This document shows, piece by piece, positions 17,063-25,514 of a stretch of DNA of 25,514 nt. Position 1 is the stretch's first letter. Each line of letters begins with the position of its first letter. The notes below the pieces were generated by a model that searched no databases, was not told the DNA's origin, and worked only from the letters and a program-made list of their open reading frames with translations. A program made the position numbers and the translations under genes. Source of the DNA: Chthoniobacteraceae bacterium (GTDB taxonomy: Bacteria; Verrucomicrobiota; Verrucomicrobiia; Chthoniobacterales; Chthoniobacteraceae); assembly GCA_031409655.1 (NCBI GenBank), contig JANNXQ010000177.1, positions 1 through 25,514 of the forward strand, read 5' to 3'.

Positions 17063-18364
17063 ATGTCTCCCGCGCTTTCCCTCGCCGCCGCCGGTCCCGC
17101 GCCGCATCCGCTCATGGTGCTGCCCTTCGTCGTGCTGCTGCTCGCCATCGCCATCGCGCCACTCGCCTGCCGGCATCAGTGGGAGCGTTGCTATCACCTC
17201 ATCGCGCTGGGGCTCGGGGCGATCAGCGTTTTTTACTACGTCGTCGTCCTGCATTTTCCCGCGCCGATGATCCATGTGGCAGAGGAATATCTCAGCTTCA
17301 TCGCGCTGATCGGTTCGCTCTACATTGTCGCCGGTGGCATTCACATTCGAGTCAAAGGCGAGGCGACGCCGGCGGTGAATGTGCTCTTCCTACTGATCGG
17401 CGCGGTGATCGCGAATGTCATCGGCACCACCGGTGCGTCGATGCTGCTCATCCGTCCGTGGATTCGGATGAACAAATACCGCGTCACCGCGTTTCACATC
17501 GTTTTCTTCATCTTCATCGTGAGCAATGTGGGCGGCTGCCTCACACCGATCGGCGATCCGCCACTCTTCCTCGGCTTCCTGAAAGGCGTGCCATTCTGGT
17601 GGGTGCTCGAACATTGCTGGCAGGCCTGGTGCGTAGGCGTCGCCGGGTTGCTGGCGATCTTCTATGTGATCGATCGGCGGAATTTTTCCCGCGCTCCGCG
17701 CGCGGTGAGTGAAAAGCAGACGGCGCGCGAAGAGTGGCGCTTCGATGGCTGGCACAACGTCGCCTTCCTCGTCCTCATCCTCTTCGGCGTCTTTCAGCCG
17801 TTTGGCCTTCGCGAAGTCATCATGCTCGGCGCGGCGATCGGCTCCTACTTTACGACCTTCCCCGAAGTGCATCGGTCGAATGACTTCAACTTCCACCCGA
17901 TCAAGGAGGTCGCCTGGCTCTTCATCGGCATCTTCGCGACGATGGTGCCGGCACTCCAGTATCTCGAGGCCAACGCGAAGGCGCTGCCGCTGGCCACGGA
18001 GATGCACTTCTACTGGCTCACCGGCGCGCTCAGCGGTGTGCTCGACAATGCGCCCACTTACCTCGCCTTCCTCGCCGCCGCCTTCGGCCGCTACGGCCTC
18101 AGCCTCGATTCGCCGGCAGACATGCACACCTTCATCGCCGAGCACGATCATCACCTCGTCGCCATCTCGATCGGCGCGGTCTTCTTCGGCGCGATGACTT
18201 ACATCGGCAACGGCCCGAACTTCATGGTCAAAGCGATCGCCGAACATCAGAAGGTCGAGACGCCCGGCTTCCTCGGTTACATCCTCCGCTACTCGATCCC
18301 AGTGCTGCTGCCGTTCTTCTTCCTCGTGGGAATTCTCTTCTTCTCCCGGTGGCGAATTTTCTAA
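17063..18364 (+). CDS. IT-superfamily secondary transporter (putative Na+/H+ antiporter / CitMHS_2-like)
   Basis: Polytopic membrane protein with IGTTGASMLLIRP, LTPIGDPPLFLGFL, LDNAPTYL and MTYIGNGPNFMVKAIAE. ATG 17063 preferred over 16937, which overlaps the divergent promoter. Confidence 0.85.
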   Translation: MSPALSLAAAGPAPHPLMVLPFVVLLLAIAIAPLACRHQWERCYHLIALGLGAISVFYYVVVLHFPAPMIHVAEEYLSFIALIGSLYIVAGGIHIRVKGEATPAVNVLFLLIGAVIANVIGTTGASMLLIRPWIRMNKYRVTAFHIVFFIFIVSNVGGCLTPIGDPPLFLGFLKGVPFWWVLEHCWQAWCVGVAGLLAIFYVIDRRNFSRAPRAVSEKQTAREEWRFDGWHNVAFLVLILFGVFQPFGLREVIMLGAAIGSYFTTFPEVHRSNDFNFHPIKEVAWLFIGIFATMVPALQYLEANAKALPLATEMHFYWLTGALSGVLDNAPTYLAFLAAAFGRYGLSLDSPADMHTFIAEHDHHLVAISIGAVFFGAMTYIGNGPNFMVKAIAEHQKVETPGFLGYILRYSIPVLLPFFFLVGILFFSRWRIF

Positions 18365-18375
18365 GTTCGCCGCCA

Positions 18376-18966
18376 ATGTTCACCGGTCTCGTCGAAGAAT
18401 GCGGGGAAGTCGCCGCGCTTGCGCTTTCCGAAAGCGGTGCGCGGCTCAGCGTGCGGGCGCCGCTCGTCAGCAGCGACGTGAAGATCGGCGACAGCATCGC
18501 GGTGAATGGCTGCTGCCTCACCGTGACCGCGCGGGATGGCGAGACGCTTTCGTTTGATCTACTGCGCGAAACTTTGGAGCGCACGAGCTTGCGGTCCGCG
18601 GTGCCGGGCTCGGTGGTGAATCTCGAACGCGCGCTGGCCGCCCACGCGCGGCTCGGCGGGCATTTTGTACAAGGTCACGTGGATGGTGCGGCCGAGGTGC
18701 TGGCCTTCGCGCAGGTGGGCGCGGACTATCGGCTCGAAGTCGCGCTGGCGAGCGAGTCCGCGAGATATGTGGCCTTCAAAGGTTCGATCGCGATCGACGG
18801 CATCAGTCTCACGGTCGCGGAGGTGCGGGAGGCGAGTTTCGTGGTCTGGATCATCCCGCACACGCTGGCGGTGACGAACCTGAGAGCGCGCCGGAAAGGA
18901 GACAGCGTGAATCTCGAATTCGATCTGCTGGCGAAGTACGTCGAGCGCATCCTGGCCGCGAAGTAG
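18376..18966 (+). CDS. ribE: Riboflavin synthase alpha chain
   Basis: Diagnostic N-terminus MFTGLVEE; GDSIAVNGCCLTV, VNLERAL, GGHFVQGHVD, KGSIAIDGISLTV, IIPHT. Confidence 0.97.
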   Translation: MFTGLVEECGEVAALALSESGARLSVRAPLVSSDVKIGDSIAVNGCCLTVTARDGETLSFDLLRETLERTSLRSAVPGSVVNLERALAAHARLGGHFVQGHVDGAAEVLAFAQVGADYRLEVALASESARYVAFKGSIAIDGISLTVAEVREASFVVWIIPHTLAVTNLRARRKGDSVNLEFDLLAKYVERILAAK

Positions 18967-18979
18967 CGCGGGGGCGAAC

Positions 18980-19186
18980 TCCGGGGAGCGTCCGCGTCTC
19001 GCGGGTGGGTCGCGGCGTCCCGCCGCGACGAACTTTCGGATTCCCACGATCCCGACAAGAACTCCGCGCACGCAGAACATGCCGGTCCATCTTCATCCTG
19101 CGGAGCTCTCGCCAGTCCGATCAGCGTTGAAAGTCCGTTTCGGCGGGACGCCGAAACCAACACGCGGGACGCGGATGGTACCCGGA
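18980..19186. repeat. REPIN-like element between convergent genes
   Basis: Left arm TCCGGGGAGCGTCCGCGTCTCGCG..GTCGCGGCGTCCCGCCGCGACGAACTTT mirrored by right arm AAAGTCCGTTTCGGCGGGACGCCGAAAC..CGCGGGACGCGGATGGTACCCGGA; two internal palindromes per arm. Confidence 0.8.
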
Positions 19187-19208
19187 AACTCCTCCCCGCA
19201 CGCCCTCG

Positions 19209-19436
19209 TCAGGCCGCGAGCGCAAGAGGCTCACGGAGGATCGCATCCCGCCGCGCGCGGGCCTCGGCCAGAGACTTCGTCCTGAGCGAGCGCCGGACGC
19301 GCTCTTTCGTCAAGGGCGTGGGATGCACGACGTAGTGGATGAACCACGTGCCGTTATTGTTCCAGAGATGATGATTGGGGTTGCCGGGATTCACCCGGAG
19401 CGAGAGCTGATACATGATGAGCGGTAGGTGCCGCAT
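19209..19436 (-). CDS. Small basic protein (68-75 aa), putative AP2/integrase-arm-like nucleic-acid-binding fold
   Basis: NPNHHLWNNNGTWFIHYVVHP..KERVRRSLRTKSLAEARARRD suggests three strands plus a helix. Start is ATG 19436 or 19415; the track's 19508 start lies inside the riboswitch. Confidence 0.75.
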   Translation of the reverse strand: MRHLPLIMYQLSLRVNPGNPNHHLWNNNGTWFIHYVVHPTPLTKERVRRSLRTKSLAEARARRDAILREPLALAA

Positions 19437-19440
19437 CGTG

Positions 19441-19572
19441 GGAGAATCGGTTTCGCGACCGGCAGACGAATCCGGCGCGCACATCGCCCGCGAGCCAGTC
19501 GCGGGCATCCACCTTGGTTTTCTCCGACCAGGTTGGCGGACTCAGCCGCAGGGCTGGGTCTCTCTTGATGCA
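19441..19572 (-). ncRNA. SAM-I/IV variant riboswitch (SAM clan)
   Basis: Minus strand: P1 GCAUC/GAUGU; J1/2 AAGAG; P2 GACCCAGCC/GGCUGAGUC; P3 CCAACC-UGGU/ACCA-AGGUGG with L3 CGGAGAAA; P4 GCCCGCGA/UCGCGGGC; P5 GCGCCGG/CCGGUCGC; PK-2 between L3 GGAGAA and 3' UUCUCC. Confidence 0.85.
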
Positions 19573-19739
19573 AATTGTTAGTATTCCAAAAAGAACCTCC
19601 GACACCGTAGCGCCCACCGGAGCCCGCGCAACCCGGAATTTTTCCCAGTCCGATCTGGCCCGCGATCGGCTGGAAACCCCCAAGAAACATCCTTCCGACG
19701 GGTAGTGGTATCGACGGATCTCGCAGCTCTAGCCGACCC

Positions 19740-22163
19740 ATGCATACTTCATTCATCACCCGCTTCCTTTTCGCCGCCGGACTTTGCACCGCGACCTCCG
19801 GCGTCTTCGCGGCGCTGCAGTCGGACTTCGAAGTTTTCCCGGCGGACGTAAATCTGAAGTTTAAGCGCGATCAGCAAACCGTCGTCGTGCGCGTCGCGGA
19901 ACCGTCGGGCGTGCATCGGGATGTCACGGCGGAGGCGAAATTCACGCTGCTCGACCCGGCGAAGGCAAAGGTCGAAAAAGGCGTGGTCTATCCGCTCGCG
20001 GATGGGGAGACGAAGCTGAAAGTCGAGTGGCAGGGCAAGTCGATGGAGGTGCCGGTGAAGATCGCGCAGGCGACCGTGGAGGAGGCGATCAGCTTCCGGC
20101 TCGATGTCATGCCCGTCTTCATGAAGGCGGAGTGCAATCGCTGCCACGGGGCCGCGCGCGGCCAGGACGGCTTCATGCTCTCGCTCTGGGGCTTCGATCC
20201 GGAAAAGGATCACTATCGCCTGACCCGCGAGCAGCCCGGGCGCCGGATCAATCTCGCGATGCCGGAAGCCTCGATGATCGTGACGAAAGCGAATGGCGAC
20301 GCGCCGCACACGGGCGGTAAGAAATTCGACAAGAGCAGCGAGCTCAACAAGACGCTCATTCGCTGGCTCGAAGCGGGCGCGCCGAATGACCCGCCGACCG
20401 TCGCCACCTGCACGAGCCTCGAGATTTTGCCGAAGCAGCTCCTCCTCGAGAGCCCCGGGCAGAAGTTTAAGATCACCGTGCGCGCCCACTACAGCGATGG
20501 CAGCGATCGGGACGTCACCGGTCAGTCCCTTTTCCTGACGAGCAACGAAGCCAGCGCCAAGATCGGCGACGACGGCGTCGTCTCCACCGGACAGCGCGGC
20601 GAAGCCTTCGTCATGGCGCGCTTCGCGACGCACACCGTGGGGACGCAGGTCATCGTCGTCCCGAAGGCGCTGAAGTTTGAGTGGCCGACGATCGAAGAGC
20701 GCAACTACATCGACACCCTGGTGAATAACAAGATCCGCAACCTGCGGATGACGCCGAGCGAGCTCTGCGACGACGAGACTTTCCTGCGCCGCGCCTTCAT
20801 CGACATCGTGGGCCTCCTGCCGAATGCCGAGGAGGTCAAATTTTTCGTCGCTTCCCAGGATCCGAATAAGCGCGCGGACATCGTGGACAAACTGCTCAAG
20901 CGCGATGAGTTCGTGGACCTCTGGGCGCTAAAGTGGAGCGAACTCCTCCAGATCCGCACGGTGCAGAACCAGGGCAGCTACAAAGCCATCCTCAACTACC
21001 ACTCGTGGGTCCACGACCGGCTGAAAAAGAACGTCCCCGTGAACGAAATCGCGCGGGAGCTGATCGCCGCGAGTGGCTCGAACTTCAGCAAGCCGACCGT
21101 CAACTACTACCAGCTCGAGACGGACCCGCTGAAGCTCGCGGAAGACACCGCGCAATCCTTCCTCGGCATCCGCATCCAGTGCGCGCAGTGCCACAATCAT
21201 CCCTTCGACCGCTGGACCATGGACGACTACCGGGGCTTCGTCGCTTTCTTCACCCAGATCGGGCGGAAGAATGGCGAGGATCCGCGCGAGAAGATCATCT
21301 ACAACAGCGGCGGCGGAGAATCCAAACACCCGGTCGGCGACCGCGTGGTTCCGCCAAAATTTCTCGGCGGCGAAGCCCCCGACACGAAGAGCAAAGACCG
21401 CCGCCAAGTGCTCGGCGACTGGATCGCTTCGCCGGACAATCCGTATTTCCCCCGCCACATCGCGAATCTCGTCTGGGCCCAATACATGGGGCGCGGAATC
21501 GTCGAGCCCGTGGATGACGTCCGCATCTCGAATCCCGCTTCGAATCCCGAACTCCTCGAAGCCCTCGGGGCGAAACTCGTGGAATACAAATACGACCTGC
21601 GGCGGATCGTCCGCGATATCTGCACCTCGCGCAGCTACCAGCTCACCACCCGGCCAAACGCGACCAACGAACTCGACGAGCGCAACTTTGCCAAGGCCAC
21701 CATCCGCCGGATGCGCGCGGAGGTGATGCTGGATTGCATCAATCAAGTCACCGAAACCAAGGACCGCTTCAAGGGACTGCCCCTCGGCGCGCGCGCCGTG
21801 GAAGTGGCTGATGGCAAGACGACGAATTACTTCCTGACGACCTTTGGCCGCCGCGACCGGGAGGTCATCTGCGCCCGGGAGGAAGTCGGCCCGACGCTCA
21901 GTCAGGCGCTCCACCTGATCAACGGCGAGACCGTGGACAACAAGATCCTCGAAGGCGGCGTCGTGAAGCGCCTGCTCGCCGCCAACATGGGCCCGCGCGA
22001 CGTGGCCACCGATCTGTACCTCCGCTGCTTTGGCCGCCTGCCGAGCGACGACGAGCTGAACAAGCTGGAGAAACACTGGGGCGTGACCGAGGAACAACCG
22101 AAGGTCTTCAACGACGTCTTCTGGGGCCTCCTGAACGCCAAGGAGTTCATGTTCAACCATTGA
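19740..22163 (+). CDS. DUF1549/DUF1553 (PSCyt2/PSD1) protein with Ig-like domains
   Basis: Signal peptide; SFRLDVMPVF..CNRCHG..GQDGFMLSLWGFDP; DDETFLRRAFIDIVG; FLGIRIQCAQCHNHPFDRWT; NPYF..NLVW..GRGIVEPVDD; QALHLING; EFMFNH C-terminus. Confidence 0.9.
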   Translation: MHTSFITRFLFAAGLCTATSGVFAALQSDFEVFPADVNLKFKRDQQTVVVRVAEPSGVHRDVTAEAKFTLLDPAKAKVEKGVVYPLADGETKLKVEWQGKSMEVPVKIAQATVEEAISFRLDVMPVFMKAECNRCHGAARGQDGFMLSLWGFDPEKDHYRLTREQPGRRINLAMPEASMIVTKANGDAPHTGGKKFDKSSELNKTLIRWLEAGAPNDPPTVATCTSLEILPKQLLLESPGQKFKITVRAHYSDGSDRDVTGQSLFLTSNEASAKIGDDGVVSTGQRGEAFVMARFATHTVGTQVIVVPKALKFEWPTIEERNYIDTLVNNKIRNLRMTPSELCDDETFLRRAFIDIVGLLPNAEEVKFFVASQDPNKRADIVDKLLKRDEFVDLWALKWSELLQIRTVQNQGSYKAILNYHSWVHDRLKKNVPVNEIARELIAASGSNFSKPTVNYYQLETDPLKLAEDTAQSFLGIRIQCAQCHNHPFDRWTMDDYRGFVAFFTQIGRKNGEDPREKIIYNSGGGESKHPVGDRVVPPKFLGGEAPDTKSKDRRQVLGDWIASPDNPYFPRHIANLVWAQYMGRGIVEPVDDVRISNPASNPELLEALGAKLVEYKYDLRRIVRDICTSRSYQLTTRPNATNELDERNFAKATIRRMRAEVMLDCINQVTETKDRFKGLPLGARAVEVADGKTTNYFLTTFGRRDREVICAREEVGPTLSQALHLINGETVDNKILEGGVVKRLLAANMGPRDVATDLYLRCFGRLPSDDELNKLEKHWGVTEEQPKVFNDVFWGLLNAKEFMFNH

Positions 22164-22207
22164 CGACGGCCTCGAAACTTGGGGTCAGCCAACGTCCACC
22201 CCCAAGC

Positions 22208-22235
22208 GTAAACTTTCTCGAATACCGGGCGTAAT
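22208..22235 (+). promoter_or_regulatory. Candidate ECF-type promoter GTAAAC-N16-CGTAAT
   Basis: Canonical AAC-N16-CGT geometry just upstream of ATG 22248; single copy only. Confidence 0.35.
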
Positions 22236-22247
22236 CCGTTTGCCACT

Positions 22248-25200
22248 ATGAGACCTGAAACATCCCCACGCCTCGCCCTTATCACCGTCGCCGCCCTTTG
22301 TTTGGGCGGCCAGGTGCAGGCCCAGGAAAAGGTCACCTACGAGGATCACGTCCTGCCGATCCTGCGCAACGCCTGCAACAACTGTCACAACCCGGACAAA
22401 AAGAAGGCCGGTCTGGATCTGACGACCTATCAAGCCACGATGGCGGGCAGCGAGAATGGGAAAATCCTCAACCCCGGCGCCGCGGAAGCCAGCCTCCTCC
22501 TGAAGTGCGTGCTCCAGACCGAGGAGCCGAAGATGCCACCGAAAGGTGACAAGCTTTCCGACGCCGAAATCGGCATCATCAAAAACTGGATCGCCGGCTT
22601 TGCCCTCGAATCCGCGACCAGCAAACCCGCCGTGCCGGTGCAAAACAAAGTCAGCACCGCGGTCGTCTCGTTGGAGCGTCCGGAAGGTCCGGCGCCGATG
22701 CCGGGAGAGCTCCCGCTGGAACCGATCGTGCGCACCCGCAGCAACAATGCGCTGGTCGCGCTGGCCGCGAGCCCATGGGCGCCGCTCGTCGCCGTCGGCG
22801 GGCAAAAGCAAGTCATCCTTTACAACACGGAAACCCTGCAACCACTTGGCGTGCTTCCTTTCCCGGAAGGTTTCCCGACCGTGATGCGCTTCAGCCGCAA
22901 CGGCAAACTGCTCCTCACCGGCGGCGGCCTAGGCGGCAAGGTGGGCAAGGTGGTGCTCTGGGATATCGCCACGGGCGAGCGCATCGCGACTGTCGGTAGC
23001 GAGGTCGATCAAGTGCTCGGCGCGGATCTGAGCGCCGATCAGCAATTCGTGGCCCTCGGCGGTCCCACGCGCGTGCTCAAGATTTACGCCACCAAGGACG
23101 GCAAGCTCCTGCACTCGATCAAAAAGCACACCGACTGGCTGACCGCCGTCGCCTTCTCGCCGGATGGAAAATATCTCGCCACCGCCGATCGTGCGGGCGG
23201 CGTGGTCGTGTGGGAAGGTGCGACGGGCCGTGAATTTAACACTCTCGCGGGGCACAAGGCTCCGGTGACCGCGCTCGCCTTCATGCCCGGCGTGCTCGCC
23301 AGTGCCAGCACGGATGGCAAGATCGCGCTCTGGGATGTGAAGGAGGGAAAGGAAATCCGCAGTTGGGCGGCACACGCGGGCGGCGTTGAGTCGGTGGATT
23401 TCACGCCCGACGGGCGACTCGTCTCCTGTGGCCGGGATAAGATCGCGAAAGCGTGGGATCAGAACGGCAAGGTGCTCGCGACCAGCGAAGCTTTCGGCGA
23501 CATCGCCCTGCGCGCGGTGCTGAATAGCGAACGCGTCGTGGCGGGCGATTGGACGGGCGACATCCGCGTCTTCGGCCTCGATGGGAAACGCGTCGGCTCG
23601 CTCTCCGCCAACCCGCCCTCGATCGCGGAGCAGCTTTCCTCCGCCCAGAAGCGCGGCACCGACGCGCAGGGCGCGCTCGCTGGCTTGCAGCAGGCCGTGA
23701 CGGCTGCGGAGCAGAAGGTCCAGGCCGAACTGGCCGCTGCCCAGGAAAAGCAAAAGGCCGCGCAAGCCGTGCTCGACGCCACGAAGGCTGCCATCCCCCA
23801 ACTCGAGAACCGCATCGCCGAGGAGAAGGCGCAGATCGCGCCTTTGACCCAGGCGCAAACGGCGGCAGCCAAAGCGGTCACTGAGGCCCAGGCGGTGCTC
23901 GCCACGAAAATCGCGGCCCCAGCCCCCGCTGAAGAAATCGAAGCCGCGAAGAAGGATTTCGAAGCGAAAACCGCGGCGGCTGCGGAAGCCGGACGGAAGC
24001 CAGCTGAGCAAGTCGCCAAGGTCGCGAAAAGCGGGGTCGAGCTCAACGCCTTGAACGCCGTCCAGTCCGCGAAGATCGCCGCTGCCGAGAAGGCGCTCAA
24101 TGAATCCAGCGCCCAGCTCGCCGCGGTGCAGCCTCCGACTCCGCCCGCGCCCACTTCCGCCATCCTCGATGCGGCCCAGACGGCCGAGGTGAAGAAGAAG
24201 ATCGAAGCGCTGAGCGCCGAGGCAGACAAGCTGCGGACCGTTCGCGCCGCAACCAAGGAGGGCACCCCCGAATACAATGCGGCCAACGACAAAGTGCAGG
24301 CGAAGAAAGCCGAAGTCGCGAAAGCCCAGACCGAGATCGCTCCGCCACCTGCACCACCCGCCCTTTCACCCGCCCGCCAGGAACTCGCGAAAGCCAAAGG
24401 CGCGCTCGATCAAGCCAATGCCCAGATCGTCGCCAGTCGCGGTGAAACCGAGCGCTGGACCCGCGCGCAATTCTTCATGGGCGTCCACAAAGCCCGCGAA
24501 ACCTACGCCGCAAAGAAAACCCGCCACGAAGACCTCGTGCAGGCCGCGAAGGACGCCTCCATGCCAGTGGACCGCGCCAATGCCCAACTCGCCGCTGCGG
24601 AAAAATCCGTCGCCGACGGCCCCGCGAAGATCAAGGAAGTCGAGGCTCTGCTCGCCCAAGCCACCCAAGCCCGCGACGCCGCCAAACAGACCGTGACCGA
24701 CAGCCAAACCGCCGCCGCCACCAAACAGGCCATCGCGGGCGAAGGCAAAAAGGCCGAAGCCGCCGTCACCGAACTGACGAAGAAGCTCACCGCGCTCAAT
24801 GCCGAAGCCACCAAACGCCGCGAAGCTGCCGCCAAGACCGGCGAAGGATCGCCAGAACGCACCAAGGCCGACGCCTTGCTCGCCGCCCTGAAGCCCGACC
24901 TCGACAAAACCGAAGCCGACCTCGCCGCGAGCAAAGCAAAGGTGCCAGCCGCCGAGTTTGCGCAGGAACTCGCCGCCGCGCAGGAAGCCGCCAAGAAAGC
25001 CGTCGTGGACGCCAAACTCGCGACCGACAAAGCCACCGCCGCGGAAAAAACCCTGGCCACCGCCCGCAAGACCGCCGACGAAGCCGCCAAGCTAGTCGCG
25101 GACGTGCGCCAGAAACTCCCGGCCCTCGCCGAAGCCGCCAAAGCCGCCAAGGCCAAAGCTGAGCAGGACGCCGTCATCGCCGCCCAGGAAGTGGAAGCTG

Positions 25201-25301
25201 CCAAAGCCCAAGCCGAGCGCGCCCGCGCCGATTTCGACAAGCGCTACCAGCCCGCGCAAAAAGTCGCCGTCACCGCAAGCGCCACCATCGCTGGTCCGTA
25301 G
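22248..25301 (+). CDS. Planctomycete-type cytochrome c (PSCyt1) + WD40 propeller + long coiled-coil protein
   Basis: Signal peptide; VTYEDHVLPILRNACNNCH..GLDL..MPP..IKNWI; WD40 repeats (HTDWLTAVAFSPDG, GHKAPVTALAF, IALWD); Ala/Lys/Glu-rich C-terminal half. Confidence 0.9.
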   Translation: MRPETSPRLALITVAALCLGGQVQAQEKVTYEDHVLPILRNACNNCHNPDKKKAGLDLTTYQATMAGSENGKILNPGAAEASLLLKCVLQTEEPKMPPKGDKLSDAEIGIIKNWIAGFALESATSKPAVPVQNKVSTAVVSLERPEGPAPMPGELPLEPIVRTRSNNALVALAASPWAPLVAVGGQKQVILYNTETLQPLGVLPFPEGFPTVMRFSRNGKLLLTGGGLGGKVGKVVLWDIATGERIATVGSEVDQVLGADLSADQQFVALGGPTRVLKIYATKDGKLLHSIKKHTDWLTAVAFSPDGKYLATADRAGGVVVWEGATGREFNTLAGHKAPVTALAFMPGVLASASTDGKIALWDVKEGKEIRSWAAHAGGVESVDFTPDGRLVSCGRDKIAKAWDQNGKVLATSEAFGDIALRAVLNSERVVAGDWTGDIRVFGLDGKRVGSLSANPPSIAEQLSSAQKRGTDAQGALAGLQQAVTAAEQKVQAELAAAQEKQKAAQAVLDATKAAIPQLENRIAEEKAQIAPLTQAQTAAAKAVTEAQAVLATKIAAPAPAEEIEAAKKDFEAKTAAAAEAGRKPAEQVAKVAKSGVELNALNAVQSAKIAAAEKALNESSAQLAAVQPPTPPAPTSAILDAAQTAEVKKKIEALSAEADKLRTVRAATKEGTPEYNAANDKVQAKKAEVAKAQTEIAPPPAPPALSPARQELAKAKGALDQANAQIVASRGETERWTRAQFFMGVHKARETYAAKKTRHEDLVQAAKDASMPVDRANAQLAAAEKSVADGPAKIKEVEALLAQATQARDAAKQTVTDSQTAAATKQAIAGEGKKAEAAVTELTKKLTALNAEATKRREAAAKTGEGSPERTKADALLAALKPDLDKTEADLAASKAKVPAAEFAQELAAAQEAAKKAVVDAKLATDKATAAEKTLATARKTADEAAKLVADVRQKLPALAEAAKAAKAKAEQDAVIAAQEVEAAKAQAERARADFDKRYQPAQKVAVTASATIAGP

Positions 25302-25390
25302 CCGGAGCCTGCGGTTGGAACTCCCATCATCGGCTGTGGCGCGCCCTTATTGCGACAGGCAAGCAGCTTGGTGAAAAGCGGCAGAAACTT

Positions 25391-25503
25391 GGTGGATGGC
25401 GCGCTCCGCCGCGCCATGCCAGACCCTGCGCGACCGCGCCACTTCGGTAGAATGGCCTGCGGCGAGCGTTTTTCTCATGGTGCGGCGGAGCGCACCATCC
25501 ACC
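25391..25503. repeat. REPIN-like inverted repeat, GTGGAT/GCTCCG family
   Basis: 28-bp arms at 25391-25418 and 25476-25503 with 2 differences; each arm is an 8-bp hairpin. Confidence 0.85.
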
Positions 25504-25514
25504 CTGGCTACGCC

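Noticed and set aside
18300..18376. FMN riboswitch ahead of ribE
   Set aside because: Only 11 nt separate ribE from the upstream gene; no FMN aptamer motifs.
19209..19436. Integrase remnant or prophage edge
   Set aside because: No catalytic domain, att site or phage genes; ORF is intact and has its own structured leader.

Overview
GC-rich bacterial DNA whose gene families point to a PVC-superphylum organism, most likely Verrucomicrobia (inference). From left to right: a 5'-truncated YhaM-like HD nuclease; an ankyrin + L,D-transpeptidase fusion; an LPS core/export cluster (two GT4, one GT9, MsbA) whose gene junctions carry three different inverted heptamer arrays; two exported hypothetical proteins; and a frameshifted gene remnant. 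Next comes an accessory minus-strand module (ECF sigma, Ser/Thr kinase-FGE-RCC1, two exported proteins). The window ends with an IT-family transporter, riboflavin synthase, a SAM-I/IV-like riboswitch ahead of a small basic protein, and a DUF1549/DUF1553 protein paired with a cytochrome c-WD40-coiled-coil protein. Five REPIN-like inverted repeats sit in intergenic gaps. Two signals stand out. (1) One bipartite motif, TG(A/C)A(A/C)CC-N11-ATTCCGAAT, lies upstream of all three transcription units of the ECF/kinase module, which defines a candidate self-contained regulon and its promoter. (2) A complete SAM-I/IV riboswitch fold (P1-P5 plus PK-2) appears to control a 68-75 aa putative nucleic-acid-binding protein rather than a metabolic gene. 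All family assignments come from motif recognition by eye; no searches were run.
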